From: Myxococcota bacterium
GTDB taxonomy: Bacteria > Myxococcota_A > UBA9160 > UBA6930
DNA: 64,000 nt
Assembly: GCA_965223705.1 (NCBI GenBank)
Contig: OZ245015.1
Location: 736,001-800,000, forward strand
Direction: 5' to 3'
Positions 18,908 to 28,447 of this stretch are shown here, in pieces. Position 1 is the stretch's first letter. Each line of letters opens with the position of its first letter. The notes beneath the pieces are model-generated. The model did not search any database. It was not told the DNA's origin and worked only from the letters and a program-made list of their open reading frames with translations. A program made the translations under genes and the position numbers.

Positions 18908-20332
18908 ATGGAACACATCCACTTCATCGCCATCGGGGGCACCGGGATGGGATCGCTGGCGGGGCTACTCCGCGCCCGCGGCCACCACATCACCGGTTCG
19001 GATCGCGAGCTCTACCCTCCGATGAGCGAGGCGCTCGAGCGCTGGGACATTCCGGTGACGATCGGCTTCCGTCCCGAAAACCTCGACTTCGATTCGCCGC
19101 CCGACGTCGTGGTGATCGGCAACGCGGTTCGCCCCGACAACCCGGAAGCACAGGCCGCGATCGAGCGCGGTTTTCGCGTCACCTCGTTCCCCGATGCGCT
19201 CTACGAGTACGCCATGGCGGACAAGCACCGCATCGTCGTTTCGGGAACCCACGGGAAGACGACGACCACGAGCATGCTGGGCACACTTCTCTTGGAGACC
19301 GACCGCGATCCCTCGCTCCTCGTCGGAGGCATCGCCAATAACTTCGACGGGAGCTTTCGGGAAGGTCGCGGGGAGCACTTCATCGTCGAAGGTGACGAGT
19401 ACGACACCGTATTTTTCGACAAGACGCCCAAATTTCTCCACTACCACGCGAATACCGCGATCCTGACATCCGTCGAGTTCGATCACGCCGATATCTACCG
19501 AGATCTCTCTGCCGTCCAGGCGGCGTTCCGCCAGCTCGTCGATGCGATGGAAAGCGACGGGGTTCTGGTGGCGGCGACGGAAAGTGCCGGGGTCGCCGAC
19601 GTGGTGGCCGATGCTCCGTGCTCGGTCGTCCGGTACGGAGTCGAGACCGACGGGGCGACGGAGCACGACGCGACCCGCCTCAAGGTTCTGCCCGAGGGCA
19701 CGTCTTTCGACTGGTTGTACCGCGGTGAGCGCCTCGCGCGGCCACTGCTACCGACCTTCGGCCGCCACAATGTGGCGAACGCGTTGTCGGCACTCGCCGT
19801 GACCCACGCATTGGGCGTCCCGCCCCAGGAAGCCGCGGATGCCCTCGCTCGGTACCGCGGGGTGAAACGTCGTCAGGAACTGCGCGGTGAAGTCGCCGGC
19901 GTGACCGTGATCGACGACTTCGCGCATCACCCGACGGCCGTGCGCGTGACGCTCGACGGGTTGGCGGAACGTTTTCCCGGGCGACGGATCGTCGCCGTGT
20001 TCGAACCGCGTTCGAATACGAGTCGACGCGATGTCTTTCAAGAGCAGTACGCCGATGCTTTTGGCTCGGCTGGGCGCGTGATCGTCGCGGAAGTACCCGA
20101 TCAGCCGATCTACAGCGCAACCGGCGACGTCACGGCGTTGTTCTCCTCCGAGCGCCTCGCGAAGGACCTCGACAAACGCGGGATCCCGGCGCTCTCCCTC
20201 GACGGCGTCGACAGCATCGTCGACGAACTCGTGCAGGGGCGCGAAGACGGCGACGTGATCGTGACGCTCTCGAACGGAAGTTTCGGGGGTATCTGGGACG
20301 CGCTGCTCGCTCGGTTGGCACGCGCGCGCTAG
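18908..20332 (+). CDS. mpl: UDP-MurNAc:tripeptide ligase (murein peptide ligase)
   Basis: IHFIAIGGTGMGSLA, YPPMS, GTHGKTTT, EGDEYDT.FFDK..KF.HY, EFDHADI, DDFAHHPT, EPRSNT. Confidence 0.93.
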   Translation: MEHIHFIAIGGTGMGSLAGLLRARGHHITGSDRELYPPMSEALERWDIPVTIGFRPENLDFDSPPDVVVIGNAVRPDNPEAQAAIERGFRVTSFPDALYEYAMADKHRIVVSGTHGKTTTTSMLGTLLLETDRDPSLLVGGIANNFDGSFREGRGEHFIVEGDEYDTVFFDKTPKFLHYHANTAILTSVEFDHADIYRDLSAVQAAFRQLVDAMESDGVLVAATESAGVADVVADAPCSVVRYGVETDGATEHDATRLKVLPEGTSFDWLYRGERLARPLLPTFGRHNVANALSALAVTHALGVPPQEAADALARYRGVKRRQELRGEVAGVTVIDDFAHHPTAVRVTLDGLAERFPGRRIVAVFEPRSNTSRRDVFQEQYADAFGSAGRVIVAEVPDQPIYSATGDVTALFSSERLAKDLDKRGIPALSLDGVDSIVDELVQGREDGDVIVTLSNGSFGGIWDALLARLARAR

Positions 20333-20341
20333 CGACGGCCG

Positions 20342-21145
20342 CTAGCCCAGAGAATCTCCGAAATCGAGGAGCCGCGGTTCATCCGGCCCGCGAGAAACCG
20401 CGCGCTCGAGTGCCGCGCGCACGAATTCTCGCGCTTTCTCGACGGCGATGACGAGCGGTGCGCCGCGCGCGAGGTGCGCGGTGATTGCGGCGGAAAGCGC
20501 GCAACCCGTTCCGTGCGTCTGCGGTGCGTCGATCCGCGCACCGGAGAACGCGCGCGTCAACCGTTCGCCGTTCTCGCGGTACACCAAGAAGTCGTCCGCC
20601 GGGCCGTCGCGATGGCCGCCTTTGATGAGCGCCCCTTGGGCGCCGAATTCCTCGACGAGCATTTCCGCAGCCCGCCGAACGCCCGCGGCCTCGTCGACGG
20701 GTTCTCCGGTGAGGCGCGCAGCCTCCGCGAGGTTCGGCGTTACGAGCGTCGCGCCGCGGATCAAAGCTTCGAGTGTCGAGCGAGCCCGGTTCTCGAGCAG
20801 TTCCGTGCCGTCGCTCGCGGCGAGGACTGGGTCGATCACAAGAGCGGGGGGCGGAGCTCCCAGGCTCGTCAGCGCCAGCATGACGGAGCGGGCGACGTCG
20901 TCCGTGGCGAGCATGCCGAGTTTCACGGCGGCGGGGCGAATTTCGGCGAGGAGCACTCGAAGCTGATCCAGCATCACCGACGGGAAGGTGGGCAGAACGC
21001 TGTGGACGCGGCGGGTGTCTTGAATGGTCAACGCCGTCGGGACGCCCGCGCCGTGGACGCCGTGCAGCCTGAAGACTTGAAGGTCGAGTTGGAGGCCAGC
21101 ACCCCCGGTGGGATCCGAGCCGGCGATACTGAGGGCGGTCCGCAT
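20342..21145 (-). CDS. thiD: HMP/HMP-P kinase
   Basis: LSIAGSDPTGGAGLQLD, VKLGML, DPVL, TPNL.EA, KGGH, THGTGC. Confidence 0.93.
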   Translation of the reverse strand: MRTALSIAGSDPTGGAGLQLDLQVFRLHGVHGAGVPTALTIQDTRRVHSVLPTFPSVMLDQLRVLLAEIRPAAVKLGMLATDDVARSVMLALTSLGAPPPALVIDPVLAASDGTELLENRARSTLEALIRGATLVTPNLAEAARLTGEPVDEAAGVRRAAEMLVEEFGAQGALIKGGHRDGPADDFLVYRENGERLTRAFSGARIDAPQTHGTGCALSAAITAHLARGAPLVIAVEKAREFVRAALERAVSRGPDEPRLLDFGDSLG

Positions 21146-21182
21146 CGGTGCTAACAGTACAGGACCCCCTGTGGAGGATCCC

Positions 21183-21863
21183 ATGCCCCGGCTGATCTCG
21201 CCCGTGCTGCTGCTGCTCGTTCTCGCCTTCCCCACGCCTTCGGGTGCCGAGGAACCATCGACCTGGTACGTCGAGCGGGTCGCCTCGGGCGACGTGCCCT
21301 TCCAACTCGAACACTACTGGTCGAAAGGACGGTTGCTACGGACAGAGACCGTGATCGGAGGGTTGCCCGTCATCACCATCGTCAACGCCAAGGAGTACAT
21401 CATGATCGATGTGCTCAGCGCCCGGGGCGTAGCCATCGCACGAAACCCCTCGTCGATCGCGGAAGACAAAGGACGAACGCGTCCGTTCGCGATGGAAGGA
21501 AAGGAGCTCGTCGACGTCGGAGCGGAGAAAGTGTCGACTGAGAAGTATGGCGTCGGTGAGTGCGACCTGTACCGCGCGACGAACCGAGACGGTCGGCGAG
21601 AAGTGTGTGTCACAGGGGGGGACGACTACCTGCCCCTCTACGTACGTACCTGGCACCGGGAGTCCAACAAGCACGTCAGTATGCGCTACTTGAACTGGAC
21701 GCGAGACCTCAACATCCCTGAGAAATTCTTCGAGCCGGATCCTCGGGTGGAACTTGAGAGAATCTCTTACGAGAACTACATCGAGCGTGCCGACAAAGAG
21801 CCGGTAACACCGTTTCCAGTGTTTTACCACGACCTACTGCACGGCTCGCGCAAGCAGTCCTAG
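21183..21863 (+). CDS. hypothetical exported protein
   Basis: GGAGG RBS, signal-peptide-like N-terminus (LLLLVLAFPTPSGA), beta-rich body. Confidence 0.7.
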   Translation: MPRLISPVLLLLVLAFPTPSGAEEPSTWYVERVASGDVPFQLEHYWSKGRLLRTETVIGGLPVITIVNAKEYIMIDVLSARGVAIARNPSSIAEDKGRTRPFAMEGKELVDVGAEKVSTEKYGVGECDLYRATNRDGRREVCVTGGDDYLPLYVRTWHRESNKHVSMRYLNWTRDLNIPEKFFEPDPRVELERISYENYIERADKEPVTPFPVFYHDLLHGSRKQS

Positions 21864-21871
21864 GGCTCGGT

Positions 21872-22978
21872 CTAGTTCGTCACCCACGTGATGTTCGCGT
21901 CGGCGATCTTCGGCGCGGATTCCGCCAGTACGGCGACCTTGCGCGCCACCGTGCCCGCGAGGCTTCGAAAGCAGCCCGCTGCCTCGCTGTCCGGGGCGTC
22001 GACGAGAATCGGTCGCCCCGCGTCGCCTCCGCTCACGATCCGCGGATCGATCGGGACTTCTCCGAGGAACGGGACAGAGAGCTCGTCGGCGATGCGCTTT
22101 CCGCCCCCTTCGCCGAAGATGTGGTAGCGGCGATCGGGGAGGTCCGGCGGGACGAAGTAGGACATGTTCTCGATCACCCCGAGGACGGGCACGTCGACTT
22201 TCTCGAACATGACAAGCCCCTTGCGCGCGTCGGCAAGGGAGAGATCGTTGGCCGTCGTCACGATCACCGCGCCCGCGAGCGGCGCCATTTGGGTCAGGGT
22301 GAGCGCTGCGTCCCCGGTGCCGGGGGGTAGATCGATGACTAAGTAGTCGAGTTCTCCCCACACCACGTCGGTGAGAAATTGCCGGATGAGTCCGTGCACC
22401 ATCGGGCCCCGCCAGATCACGGGGCTGTTGTCGGTTACGAAGAAACCCATCGACATGACCCGAAGGCCGTGCGCTTCGAGTGGAAGAATCGCTTTTTGTC
22501 CGTCTCGTTCCTCGGTCCTGGGTCGGCCGTCGACGCCCAAGAGAAGGGGGAGGGACGGACCGTAGACATCGGCGTCGAGAATGCCGACGGTCGCGCCGGT
22601 CTCTGCCAGCGCGAGGGCCAAGTTGACGGCGGTCGTGCTCTTCCCCACGCCGCCCTTGCCCGAAGCGACCGCGATCGTGTTGCGGACGCCGGGCAAAACT
22701 TCCGCGCTATCCGCCTCCACGCGGCCGCGGGTTTGCGCCGTCATGCGCACGTCGACTTCCGCGACGCCGACCAGTGCGGAGACCCGGTTCTTCGCATCGC
22801 GTTGGAACTCTTCTTTCACCGGACACGCCGGCGTCGTCAGCTCGATGTCGAAGGACACGCGGTCCCCGTCGATCGCGATGTTTTTGACAAAACCCAAGTC
22901 GACGATGCTGCGGCCAAAGTCGGGGTCGATGATCGGATGTAGGGCGTTTCGGATATCGGCTTCGGTTATTTCGGACAC
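21872..22978 (-). CDS. mrp: Mrp/ApbC Fe-S cluster carrier ATPase
   Basis: N-terminal DUF59-like domain (LTTPACP), SGKGGVGKST, DADVYGPS, WRGPM, DLPPGTGD, ENMS. Confidence 0.93.
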   Translation of the reverse strand: MSEITEADIRNALHPIIDPDFGRSIVDLGFVKNIAIDGDRVSFDIELTTPACPVKEEFQRDAKNRVSALVGVAEVDVRMTAQTRGRVEADSAEVLPGVRNTIAVASGKGGVGKSTTAVNLALALAETGATVGILDADVYGPSLPLLLGVDGRPRTEERDGQKAILPLEAHGLRVMSMGFFVTDNSPVIWRGPMVHGLIRQFLTDVVWGELDYLVIDLPPGTGDAALTLTQMAPLAGAVIVTTANDLSLADARKGLVMFEKVDVPVLGVIENMSYFVPPDLPDRRYHIFGEGGGKRIADELSVPFLGEVPIDPRIVSGGDAGRPILVDAPDSEAAGCFRSLAGTVARKVAVLAESAPKIADANITWVTN

Positions 22979-23064
22979 GGTACGAGGTTACCGCGCACGC
23001 CGGGCTCGTGCCTCGAACCACGTTGCGGCCGGCGCTCCCAGGGTGGGGATGGCACACTGGCCCT

Positions 23065-24144
23065 GTGGACGAACTCGACGATGCATACGCCCGGTTCGCG
23101 TCGACGGCGCCGGAATGGGGCGCCGGCTTCTCGAATCACGGACCGATGGCGTGTGAGGCGCTGGTCCAGTTGGGACATTCCGCACTCGTCCCGGGCTGCG
23201 TCGACATTTATGCCCCGAGGCTTCCGGAGCTTCCGCCCGGGAAGGAGTTGTCGGCACCCGAGCGAGCCCGCGCGCGCGGAGACATGGGGCGAGTCGCCGA
23301 CTGGATCGCGAGCTACCGGGCTGAAGTCGAGCGCGGCGACTGGCAGCCCGTGCTGCGGAGCTCCGTGCTGGAACTTTCACCCGGCTTGTTCGGCGCGGCC
23401 GGACACGGTTTCTTGCGGACCGCCCATGCCGCGCGGGCTCTCGCCGCGGCCGACAACCCGGTCCGCCGGACGGAGCTCGCGCACGGGCTCGGCTACTGGG
23501 CGGCTGCGTACACGCCGCTCCCGGAGGCCAGGGAAAACGGGCAATCGACGTTTGACGACGCTCTTTCCGCACTCGATCGCGCCGAGTCGCCGCCACTTCT
23601 GGGCGAAGGCGAGATGCTCTCGGACGTCACGCCGCGTCTGTCGGATCACCCGGGCCTGCGAAACGCAATTTCCGGGGCGGATACGCTGAGTGGACCGCTT
23701 TCCGACCGCATCTCCGCTCTTTGTGGCGCGGTCGCGCGTCGCTACTTGGGCTCGGAACCTTGGCGGATTGCGCACACCCACGCGATCACGGTCCCATCGG
23801 CGGTTCGGCTCCTGCTCCCCGTGGTAGGCGAGGCCGCCGCCGAAGAAGCGTTTCGCTACGCGTGGCAAACGAGCGCGGTCCTGTGTGCGGTCGGCGTTTC
23901 GTCGCGACCGATCGACGCGAACGCCGAAAAGACAGCGCTCGCGCGCAATCGCCCCGAACTGCGCTACCGGGCCGCCTGCAGTCTCGAGGAGCACGCGATC
24001 AAACTCACCGAGGCGTGCCTGCGCGAGGCTGCAGAGCTCGAGAGAGACGCTACGCCATCGAACGGCCCTGACGTCGACGCTTTGTTGACCGTGGCCGCGG
24101 ACGCGGCGCTCTGCATGGGAGAACCCGGGCGGCGGAACTGTTGA
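23065..24144 (+). CDS. questin oxidase/DUF4243-like protein
   Basis: FSNHGPMACEAL, GAAGHGFLRTAHA, ELAHGLGYWAA, HAIT, EEHAIKLTEAC; start uncertain (23008 or 23065). Confidence 0.7.
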   Translation: MDELDDAYARFASTAPEWGAGFSNHGPMACEALVQLGHSALVPGCVDIYAPRLPELPPGKELSAPERARARGDMGRVADWIASYRAEVERGDWQPVLRSSVLELSPGLFGAAGHGFLRTAHAARALAAADNPVRRTELAHGLGYWAAAYTPLPEARENGQSTFDDALSALDRAESPPLLGEGEMLSDVTPRLSDHPGLRNAISGADTLSGPLSDRISALCGAVARRYLGSEPWRIAHTHAITVPSAVRLLLPVVGEAAAEEAFRYAWQTSAVLCAVGVSSRPIDANAEKTALARNRPELRYRAACSLEEHAIKLTEACLREAAELERDATPSNGPDVDALLTVAADAALCMGEPGRRNC

Positions 24145-24148
24145 GTCC

Positions 24149-25138
24149 TCAGAAGGGAGGGACCCGCGCGGGGAGCACCCCTTCCCGTCGGTCGGGGGGC
24201 GCCCCCGCCGCGCTTGCGCGCCGCAAAATGTCGAAGTACCCGCGCTCGACGCACGCGTTTTCGAGTGCGCCTCGATCTCGCAGCAGCCGGTGGAGTTCCG
24301 GCAAGCGGTAGTGCGGCACTGTCATCAACAAGTGGTGCTCGAGGTGATAGTTCACGCGGTTGGGGGCGAGAAAGAGGCGTTCCCACCAACGCGCGATCAT
24401 GGTGCGTGTGTTGCGCAGGGGATCGTCCGCGTCGTCGGTCAGAGCGTGTTCGGCAATCGAGCGAATGCGTGTGACGAGGGTGTTTGTCGTGAGCCAACTC
24501 GCGACCCAAACCAGATAGACGGCTGGGTGGAATAGGAAAGACACTATCGCGAAGAGAACTACGTTCGTGACGAGCATTCCCCGGAGCGCGCGCCGGCCCT
24601 CCGCGTCCTTTGCCCGGAACGTCCGGCGCCAGGAAGCGGCGGCGAACTTGACACCCGTCTGCCCGGTCAGGTCCCGAATGATCTTGCGACGCAAGCTACT
24701 GCGCGTCGTGGGGAACGGCGCGATCAGGGCGAGGTCCGGGTCTTCGAGACTTCCGGTTTTCGCGTGATGCTTCAAGTGGTAGCGACGGTAGCCGGCCAAA
24801 TTGCTCCACACGGGGAAGGCGCACAGCCAGTCGCCGGTCCAGTCGTTTAAGCTTTTGGGATGGAACAAGACGCGGTGCGCCGCGTCGTGCATCAGAATGG
24901 CCAGGCCCAGTTGACGAGCTCCGATGAGAAGAAGCGCGAGGAGGATCGTGAGCGGGTTCGGCCAACGCCACACCATACCGAGCGCGGCAAAGATGATTCC
25001 CCAGTTGAGAACCAGAGACGCCGAGGAGCGCGCGTTCGATACGCGGAGAAGCGCTGCGATTTCTTCTCGAGACACGGCCCCGCGCCACCCTTCGCGGGTG
25101 GTGGCGAAACTGCCGGCATTCGTCGCACTGGCCGTCAC
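24149..25138 (-). CDS. membrane fatty acid desaturase family protein
   Basis: three His boxes HDAAH, HLKHH, HLEHH plus EH motif; hydrophobic segments. Confidence 0.88.
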   Translation of the reverse strand: MTASATNAGSFATTREGWRGAVSREEIAALLRVSNARSSASLVLNWGIIFAALGMVWRWPNPLTILLALLLIGARQLGLAILMHDAAHRVLFHPKSLNDWTGDWLCAFPVWSNLAGYRRYHLKHHAKTGSLEDPDLALIAPFPTTRSSLRRKIIRDLTGQTGVKFAAASWRRTFRAKDAEGRRALRGMLVTNVVLFAIVSFLFHPAVYLVWVASWLTTNTLVTRIRSIAEHALTDDADDPLRNTRTMIARWWERLFLAPNRVNYHLEHHLLMTVPHYRLPELHRLLRDRGALENACVERGYFDILRRASAAGAPPDRREGVLPARVPPF

Positions 25139-25162
25139 AAGGGCAAGGTAGCGAAGCCGCGC

Positions 25163-26395
25163 TCAGAGGAGCACGCCGGCTACACAACCTGTCATCAGCG
25201 TCGCAAGGGTTCCGGCGACGATCGCGCGCGGCCCGAGCTCGGCGAGTTCTCCGCGGCGCGCGGGAACCATGCCGCCCATGCCTCCGAGGAGAATCGCAAG
25301 CGAGCCCAGATTGGCGAACCCACACAAGGCGTAGGCTGCGAGGATGCGAGTTCGTTGCGAGAGAACTTCCGGCTCTAGCGCGGCGAGTTCTCCAAACGCG
25401 AGAAACTCGTTGAGGACGGTCTTTACTCCCAGCAACTCGCCGACCGTGCGAGCCTCGCTCCAGGGAATGCCCAGCAACCAGGCGACCGGCGCAAAGATCG
25501 CGCCCAGGCCCCGTTCGAGGGAACCGTTCTCGACGCCGACCCAGCTGCTGACCGCGCTGATTCCGGCGTTTGCCAACGCGACCAGCGAAACGAACACGAC
25601 CAGCAGTGCGCCGACGTAAACCGCCAAGCGAAGCGCGGCGAGGGCTCCTTGCGAAGCGGCGTCGATCACATTGCGTGTCTCTCGGGGTGGGAGCGCGGTG
25701 GGCGAACTCGCTCCGCCGGAGTTCCCGTCATCGGGAATCATGATCTTGGCGACGACAATGCCGGCTGGTGCCGAAATCAGGCTCGCCGCGACGAGATGTC
25801 CCGCGAATTCCCCTCCACCTAGCATTTGGGAGTACGCGACCAGCACGGAGCCTGCGACCGTTGCCATCCCGGTCGTCATGACACAAAACAACTCCGACCG
25901 GCTCATGTTGGCGAGGTAGGGACGGATGAGGAGCGGCGCCTCGGTCATGCCGAGGAAGACGTTGGCGGCCGCTGCCAGGCTCTCTGCGCCCGACAACCGC
26001 ATCGGCCCAGACAGGAGTTTCGCAAAGCCGTGAACCGCGAGCTGCACCAGGCCGAAGTGGTAGAGCACGCCGATCAAACTGCCGCTAAAGACGATGACCG
26101 GAAGCACGTGAAGCGCGATGGAGAAACCACCTTCGGCCAACGGACCGAACACAAACGCGACGCCTTCCTCGGTGTAGGCCAGCAAGCGTACGAACGCCGC
26201 GTTCGCGCCGACAAAGAACGCGCGACCCGGCGGTGTGCGGAGCAGCAGGAGAGCCATGGCCAACTGCAGTCCGACACCCCACAACACCAAGCGCTTCGGG
26301 AACGAACGTCGAGATGAAGAGCAGGACCACGCGAGGCCGATCAGCACGAGCAGTCCGAATGCCGAGTGCAAGCGCTCGAGCAGCTCGCCACTCAC
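25163..26395 (-). CDS. NupC/CNT concentrative nucleoside transporter
   Basis: NVFLGMTEAPL, GMATVAGSV, NEF.AF, ALCGFAN.GS; GTGA overlap with thiE stop. Confidence 0.9.
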   Translation of the reverse strand: MSGELLERLHSAFGLLVLIGLAWSCSSSRRSFPKRLVLWGVGLQLAMALLLLRTPPGRAFFVGANAAFVRLLAYTEEGVAFVFGPLAEGGFSIALHVLPVIVFSGSLIGVLYHFGLVQLAVHGFAKLLSGPMRLSGAESLAAAANVFLGMTEAPLLIRPYLANMSRSELFCVMTTGMATVAGSVLVAYSQMLGGGEFAGHLVAASLISAPAGIVVAKIMIPDDGNSGGASSPTALPPRETRNVIDAASQGALAALRLAVYVGALLVVFVSLVALANAGISAVSSWVGVENGSLERGLGAIFAPVAWLLGIPWSEARTVGELLGVKTVLNEFLAFGELAALEPEVLSQRTRILAAYALCGFANLGSLAILLGGMGGMVPARRGELAELGPRAIVAGTLATLMTGCVAGVLL

Positions 26396-27030
26396 GCGTT
26401 GTCCCAAGCGCTCGCCAGGGCGCGCACCGCGGCCCCGGGGTCGTCGGCTCCGGCGACGGCGGATATCACGGCGAAGCCCGATGCACCGGCCTCGCGGACC
26501 GCGGCGACCCGGTTGAGGTCCACGCCGCCGATCGCGATCACGGGAATCCCGGCCGCGGCGCCGACCGCTTCCCGCAAGGCCGCAACCCCGCGCTCGTCGT
26601 ACGCCGAATGCTTCGATCGGGTCCCAAACACCGGACCGAAACCGAGGTAGTCGACGCACTCCTTCACCGACCGCGCAACGTGCGAGATCAAGTGGGTCGA
26701 ACGCCCGACGGCGAGTGATTTCCGCGCTTCCGGGGGGATGGCCTCCGGGGACAGGTCATCCTGACCGAGGTGGACCGCGTCGGCCTGGGCGGCCAAAGCG
26801 ATATCGAAGCGGTCGTTGACGACAAATCGTGCGTCGTGTGCTCGCGCGGCCCTTTGAATCGATCTCGCCCAGTCGAGTACTTCGGCGTCGCGCGCATGTT
26901 TCGCGCGCAGCTGAACGACCCGGGCTCCGTTCTCGAGCGCGATCTCCGCTTGCAAGGCGGGGCCCATCGACCAACGCGGATTGTCATCCACGAGGACGTG
27001 AAGGCCTTCGAAGCCCGTCCCGGTTCTCAC
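26392..27030 (-). CDS. thiE: thiamine-phosphate synthase
   Basis: VQLRAK, VNDRFD, VHLGQDD, GRSTH, GPVFGT.SK, AIGG, AVISAV; GTGA overlap with ntrC stop. Confidence 0.9.
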   Translation of the reverse strand: MRTGTGFEGLHVLVDDNPRWSMGPALQAEIALENGARVVQLRAKHARDAEVLDWARSIQRAARAHDARFVVNDRFDIALAAQADAVHLGQDDLSPEAIPPEARKSLAVGRSTHLISHVARSVKECVDYLGFGPVFGTRSKHSAYDERGVAALREAVGAAAGIPVIAIGGVDLNRVAAVREAGASGFAVISAVAGADDPGAAVRALASAWDNA

Positions 27031-28445
27031 GATGCGTCGGATCGGTCGATGCCGAGCGCCAGGATCTTCTTGCGCAACGTGTTGCGATTGATGCCCAGCA
27101 GCGCCGCCGCCTGGATCTGGTTCCCCTCGGTTCGCGCGAGCGCGCACTCGATCATCGGCTTTTCGACGCGCGAAAGAAGCTCACGATAAATGTCTTCGGG
27201 GTGTTCATCTCTCAACGCCCGCTCGGTTTCTTCAGTCACGAGCGCCTCCAGTGTCGCGGCCTGGGCGGGTTCGCGTTCGTTCGTCAGGAACGCGAAGTCG
27301 TCGGGCGCGAGAACGTCCGTCGAGGCGAGCACGACGGCACGCTTGATGGCGTTTTCCAGCTCGCGCACGTTTCCGGGCCACGGGAGCTCCCGCAGGAACG
27401 CAATCGATTCGTCTGACAGGTGCTTTTCGCGAGACGAAAACTCCGCGCCATAACGCGTGACGAAGTAGTTCGCGAGGTTCTCGATGTCTTCGCGCCGTTG
27501 TCGCAGCGGCGGGAGGCCGATGGGAACTACGCGAAGTCGATACAAGAGATCTTCGCGAAAACTGCCGTCGCGTACTGCGGCGTCGAGGTCGCGGTGAGTT
27601 GCCGCGATAATTCTGACGTCGACATGCGCTGCCATCTTCCCGCCGACCGGCGTGACCTCGCCGCTCTGGAGGACACGCAACAATTTCGCTTGGAGCTCAA
27701 GGGGCATATCGCCGATCTCGTCGAGAAACAGCGTGCCTCCGGACGCCTCGCGAAAGCGCCCCTCTCGCCGGTCCACCGCTCCGGTGAATGCACCGCGTTC
27801 GTGGCCGAACAGTTCGCTCTCGAGCAGCTCACTGGGAATCGCCGCGGCATTGATCGCGACGAACGGTCGATCGTGCCGCTCGCCCGCGGCGTGGATGGCG
27901 CGCGCGACGAGTTCTTTGCCCGTGCCGCTTTCGCCGGTGACGAGCACTGAGACGTCTGAGCGCGCGACGCGCCCGATCGTCTTGAAGACCTCGAGTAGCG
28001 CCGGACTGCGGCCGACGATCCGTTCGCCGCTCTTCTCGCTGACTTCCCGGCGAAGGGAGCGAACTTCGTTGTTCAAGTCCCGAGCGCGAAGGACCTTGCC
28101 GACCAGCAGGGAAACTTCGTCCATGCCGAAGGGCTTGACGAGGTAGTCAAAGGCTCCTCGTTTCATCGCCTCAACGGCGTTCTCGAAGGTATTTTGGGCG
28201 GTGATCACAACGATCGGAAACGTCCCGCCGGCCGAGCGCACCCGCTCCAAGACCTCGAGGCCCGAGAGCCCCGGCATGCGGATATCGAGAAACGCCATGT
28301 CGAAATCCTGCGAGGAAAGTACTTCGAGCGCGGACTCGCCGTCGGACGCTTCGACGACGTCCATCGCCTGGGCCTCGAGAATTTCGCGGAGCACGAAGCG
28401 GATACTGTCTTCATCGTCGGCGATGAGAACACGACCGGAGGCCAT
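27027..28445 (-). CDS. ntrC: sigma-54-dependent response regulator NtrC
   Basis: REC domain (DD, D, KPF), GESGTGKE, ESELFGHERGAFTGA, WPGNVRELEN, Fis-type HTH GINRNTLRKK. Confidence 0.88.
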   Translation of the reverse strand: MASGRVLIADDEDSIRFVLREILEAQAMDVVEASDGESALEVLSSQDFDMAFLDIRMPGLSGLEVLERVRSAGGTFPIVVITAQNTFENAVEAMKRGAFDYLVKPFGMDEVSLLVGKVLRARDLNNEVRSLRREVSEKSGERIVGRSPALLEVFKTIGRVARSDVSVLVTGESGTGKELVARAIHAAGERHDRPFVAINAAAIPSELLESELFGHERGAFTGAVDRREGRFREASGGTLFLDEIGDMPLELQAKLLRVLQSGEVTPVGGKMAAHVDVRIIAATHRDLDAAVRDGSFREDLLYRLRVVPIGLPPLRQRREDIENLANYFVTRYGAEFSSREKHLSDESIAFLRELPWPGNVRELENAIKRAVVLASTDVLAPDDFAFLTNEREPAQAATLEALVTEETERALRDEHPEDIYRELLSRVEKPMIECALARTEGNQIQAAALLGINRNTLRKKILALGIDRSDAS

Positions 28446-28447
28446 AA

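Noticed and set aside
23050..23064. TGGCAC as a sigma-54 promoter near ntrC
   Set aside because: No TTGC -12 element at the required spacing.
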